A stretch of DNA of 64,000 nucleotides from Leucoraja erinacea (lineage: Eukaryota): the NCBI RefSeq assembly GCF_028641065.1, contig NC_073388.1:22878001-22942000 (forward strand), written 5' to 3'. A program made the translations under genes and the position numbers. Positions within the stretch are counted from its first letter, which is position 1. Every line of letters starts with the position of its first letter. The notes under the pieces are model-generated. The model was not told where the DNA came from. It saw only the letters and a list, made by a program, of their open reading frames with translations, and did no database searches. Positions 59,520 to 64,000 of this stretch are shown here, piece after piece.

Positions 59520-60985
59520 ATCTGTCAGGAATAGGAGTAGAATTAGGCCATGGCCCATCTAGTCTACTCCACCATTCAATTATGGCTGATCTATCTCTCC
59601 CTCCTGACCGCATTCTTCTGCCTTCTCCCCATCGCCTCTGCCACCTGTACTAATCAAGAATCTATCTATCGCTGCCATAAAAATATCCACTGACCTGGCC
59701 TCCACAGCCTTCTGTGGCAAAGAATTCCGAAGATTCACCACCCTCTGACTAAAGAAATCTCTCCTCATCTCCCTCCTACGTCCTTTAATTCTGAGGCTAT
59801 GAGCTCTAGTCCTGGACTCTCCCATGAGTGGAAACATCCTCTCCACATCCACTCTATACAAGCCTTTCACTATTCTGTAGGTTTCAATGAGGTCCCCCCC
59901 TCATTCTTCTAAACTCCAGCGAGTACAAGCCCAGTGCCTACAAACGCTCATTATATGTTAACCTACTCATTCCTGGGGTCATTCTTGTAAATCTCCTCTG
60001 CACCCTCTCCAGAGCCAGCACACCCTTCCTCAGATATGGTGCCCAAAATTGCTCACAATATTCCACACTCCATATTACCAGCACCTTATAGAACCTCAAC
60101 ATTACATCTCTGTTTGTGTATACAAGCCCTCTTGAAATAAATGCTGGCGTGGAGTTTGCTTTCTTTACTACCAATTCGACTTGCAGATTAACTTTTTTGA
60201 AATCCTACACCAGCACTCCCAAGTCCCTTTGCACCTTCAATTTCTGGATTCCCACCCCATTTAGAAAATAGTCCACGCCTTTATCCCTGATACCAAAACG
60301 CATGACTCCATACCTTGCTACACTATATTCGATCTGCCACTTCTCTGCCCACTCTCCCAACCTGTCCAAGTCCTTCTGCAGAGTCCCTGCTTTCTCTACA
60401 CTACCTGCCTCTCCACCTATTTTCGTATTATCCGCAAAGCCTTCAATCTCTTCGTCCAAATCATGAAGATTTCACTTTTTAACATTGTATACAACGTGAA
60501 GAGTAGCGGCCCCAGCACCGACCCTTGCGGAACTCCACTAGTCACTGGCAGCCAACCAGAAAAAGCCCCCATTATTGCCACTCTTTGACTTCTGCCATCC
60601 AGCTACTCTGCTATCCATGCTTGTATCTGCCCTTTGATATCATGGGCTCTCATCTTCCTAAGCAACCTTACATGGGCACCTTATCAAAGGGTTTCTGAAA
60701 ATCTTCGTAAACAACATCTACACGCTCCTTTGTTAGTCCTGCTATTTTCTTCAAAGAATTCCAGAAAATTTGCAAAGCAAGACCTCCTCTTCACAAAGCC
60801 ATGTTGACTTTGACCTATTTTATCGTGAACTTCTAAGTACTCCGTAAACTCATCCTTTATAATGGGCTCTAAAATCTTAACAAACACCAAAGTCAGACTA
60901 ACCGGCCTATAGTTCCCACCATTCTGCTTTGTTCCCTGTTAGTGCAGCGGGCCAATATTGGCAATTTTCCAATCATCTGAGACCG
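59520..60985 (-). mobile_element. CR1 LINE RT region
   Basis: QSQHGFVKRRSC..N.LEFFEE, FADNTKIGG, QRDLGVLV, QRVVNLRNSLPQ. Confidence 0.93.
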
Positions 60986-61639
60986 CCCCTAACTCTAGTG
61001 TAGGGTTGTAGGGTTTGGCCTGGGCCAGCGTAATGCTGTTGGTTAATTGTGAATCATGGAGAAATTCTGAGTTTATAAATGAAACGGGTAGTAATGAGTG
61101 TTGGGTGTTCACTGCATTTCCTCTTTTCATGAGGGAAGAGTTGTTACCTGCATATTTATAAGGACAAAACAAAACTAAAACACAGCTTTTGTTAACTCCT
61201 GTTTCAATTAACATGGTATTCATTTGTTCATGATGCTGAATCATCAGCTGATGAAACAGTTAAGCTTCCAGGTTGGAAACCTTGAACTCGAAAATCCCCT
61301 GCATCACTAACAATTTATTTTCAGTTGCTCATTGCTAGCCCAGTGACCATTTTAATAGTGGGCCCACAGCTGCAAAATTCAACATCGCCCAAGACCCAAG
61401 ATGGAAGCTAAAGGCCTTTTCTAACTGTACTGTACCAGTGCAGACCAAGCAAATAGGTTATTCCCATAAATGTTATGATACTCCAGGAAAAAAATAATCT
61501 TTGTGCATGTGGCAGAAAAAAGGCAGTGCTATGCATCCACATTTCTTGGGCCTCTTCTTTGTCCATTGAACCCAAAACAAACATACACTTAACAGACCAA
61601 GATCTGCATTAAAATTAAGATGGCATTTATCTGCTGCAA

Positions 61640-62100
61640 ATGAGATTTACCAGATGCTGCCTGGATTAAAGGATATTAGCAATACGAGCAAGTTGAACAA
61701 ACGTTTTTTTTTCCTCTGGAGCGTCAGAAGTTAAAGGGAGACCTAATAAAAGTAAATATAATTATGAGAGGCAATGATAGAGTGTAGTCCGAACTTTTTA
61801 TCCAGGTGAAATTTTCAAAGAATATAGGACATCTCTTAAAGGTCAAAGGGGAAAGGTGGATGTGCAGGGCAAGTGTTCTATACAGAGAACACCGAGTGCC
61901 TGCAAAGCTTTACTAGGGTATGGTCACAGAAGCAGATACAATAGCTGCGTTTACGAGGCTTTTCGATAGGCACTTAGATATGCAGAGAATGGACGGATAT
62001 GCATCACATGCCCGCAGAGGGGATTGGTTTAACTTGGCACCATGTTTGGCAAAGCCATTGTGGGACAAAGGGCCTTTACATGTGCTGCACTGGTTTATGT
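61640..62100 (+). mobile_element. Old CR1 3' fragment
   Basis: FTRCCLD..., VTEADTIAAFTRLFDRHLDM. Confidence 0.7.
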
Positions 62101-62294
62101 TCCATATTCACTCAGGGTGCTTGGATCATTGAGATTTTGTTTTAGTCAGAATTCAGAACATAATGGGCATGATGTGCCATGTGAAGAACTTAATAATTTG
62201 CATAATGTGTGGGTGAGATACAAATGCTTTGGGAAGTAGAATCAAATGATGCCAAGACATCTGCACATTGAACTGGCAATCAGACCCTTGTGTT

Positions 62295-63300
62295 AGGAAA
62301 GACCAGACAATCAGCACGGGAGCACCTCAAGGCTGCGTGCTCAGCCCCCTGTTGTACTCACTCTATACCCATGACTGCGTAGCCAACCACAGTGCGAACT
62401 CCATCATCAAGTTCGCTGACGACACCACTGTTGTGGGACGTATCACTGAAGGGGATGAGTCAGAGTACAGAAGAGAGATCGAGCAACTGTCCATATGGTG
62501 CCAGCGCAATAACCTGGCCCTCAACACCAGCAAAACCAAGGAACTGATTGTGGACTTTGGAAGGAGTAGGAGGGGGACCCACAGCCCCATTTATATCAAC
62601 GGGTCGATGGTTGAAAGGGTCAAGAACTTCAAATTCCTGGGCATGCACATCTCTGAAGATCTTTCCTGGTCCGAGAACACTAACACAATTATCAAAAAAG
62701 CTCATCAGCGCCTCTACTTCCTGAGAAGATTACGGAGAGTCGGTTTGTCAAGGAAGACTCTCTCTAACTTCTACAGGTGTACAGTAGAGAGCATGCTGAC
62801 CGGTTGCATCGTAGCTTGGTTTGGCAATTTGAGCGCCCTGGAGAGGAAAAGACTACAAAAAGTAGTAAACACTGCCCAGTCCATCATCGGCTCTGACCTT
62901 CCTTCCATCGAGGGGATTTATCGCAGTCGCTGCCTCAAAAAGGCTGGCAGTATCATCAAAGACCCACACCATCCTGGCCACACACTCATCTCCCTGCTAC
63001 CTTCAGGTAGAAGGTACAGGAGCCTGAAGTGCAACAACCAGGTTCAGGAATAGCTACTTCCCCACAGCCATCAGGCTATTAAACCTGGCTCGGACAAAAC
63101 TCATTATTAATAACCACCTTCTGCTATTTGCACTTTATCAGTTTATTTATTCATGTGTGTATATATTTATATCATGGTATATGGACACATTTATCTATTT
63201 TGTAGTAAATGCCTACTATTTTCTGTGTGCTTAAGCAAAGCAAGAATTTCATTGTCCTATACAGGGACACATGACGATAAACTCACTTGAACTTGAACTT
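62295..63300 (+). mobile_element. Rex1/Babar-type non-LTR retrotransposon, 5'-truncated
   Basis: TGAPQGCVLSPLLYSLYTHDC, KFADDTTVVG, KTKELIVDF, KKAHQRLYFLRRL; frameshift near 63030 (continues TTRFRNSYFPTAIRLLN); (CTTGAA)n tail. Confidence 0.92.
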
Positions 63301-64000
63301 TAAATCTATCATTTCAGATTTTGAAGAAAAAACCTTGGATTTTTACTTCTTCCACACAGTTAGTCTCATGATTGTGGAAATACATCTAATTCCATATTCA
63401 TAAATTTCCTCTGCATTATCTCCCATCCATCCGCTGCTTTCCTATGGTATGGCCAGCACTATATACAGAACACGAGGTCTTTTCTAATTAGCATTTACAG
63501 TTCCCTCATAACTGCTCTGCCTTTTTACCTATGCCTTGGCAAATAAAATAAAGTTACCTATATTCCTTTTTAATCACTTTATTGACCACTTCAGCAACTT
63601 TTAAGACCTGTGGGAGTACACTCCTCCACTCTGTTCTTCCTCCACATTATTTTCAATACTTTTATTTATTATGTTTTCAATTGTTGCACTGCTCCAAATG
63701 TATTACTTCACATTTCTTGGGATTGAATTCCATTTTTGCATCTTCGTCCGATTGATATATTTATTTTTCTTTCTGTGATCCGAAAACCTACCACCTCTCT
63801 GTAAACCACATGGTCAGCCTTCAGCAGCTTTTCCAGCTGTATTGCTTTGGGAAACTAAATGCTGCAATAGAAGGTTTTTTTCAACATTATTGCCAGGGGA
63901 CCAGAGCAGCAGTATTGTGACTGCATAATTATAATCAAGAAACTAATCATAGTTATGAATTAACATGAGATTTTATCATGTTAAATCACACACCACGTAT

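Overview
Eukaryotic, vertebrate genomic DNA. The repeat content (HE1/V-SINE-type SINEs, HER1-type CR1 LINEs, Penelope-derived repeats) points to a cartilaginous fish, probably a skate or ray (inference). Two spliced genes sit head-to-head with start codons about 3.2 kb apart. On the minus strand is an FSIP2-family gene (sperm fibrous sheath-interacting protein 2): at least 13 coding exons from 45846 to 347, including 4.1-kb and 5.3-kb giant exons, about 3,740 aa. It carries one apparent +1 frameshift at 18385-18387 inside an 8-aa repeat array. On the plus strand is a five-exon TRAIL/TNFSF10-like ligand gene (49050-58961, 292 aa). Introns hold CR1, L1, L2 and Rex1 fragments, SINEs, non-autonomous Helitrons, a Tc1 remnant, a Tigger-like MITE and short Penelope-type elements with hammerhead-ribozyme cores. 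Most notable: the FSIP2 frameshift, the hammerhead-bearing mini-elements, repeated AKAP-like helices and a 12x12-aa array in FSIP2, RFX X-box-like motifs and an AUGA-overlapping uORF at the FSIP2 start, an ITIM-like motif in the TRAIL-like tail, and odd duplications between the two genes. All homology calls come from recalled family motifs, not database searches, and repeat boundaries are approximate unless a TSD or terminus is quoted.
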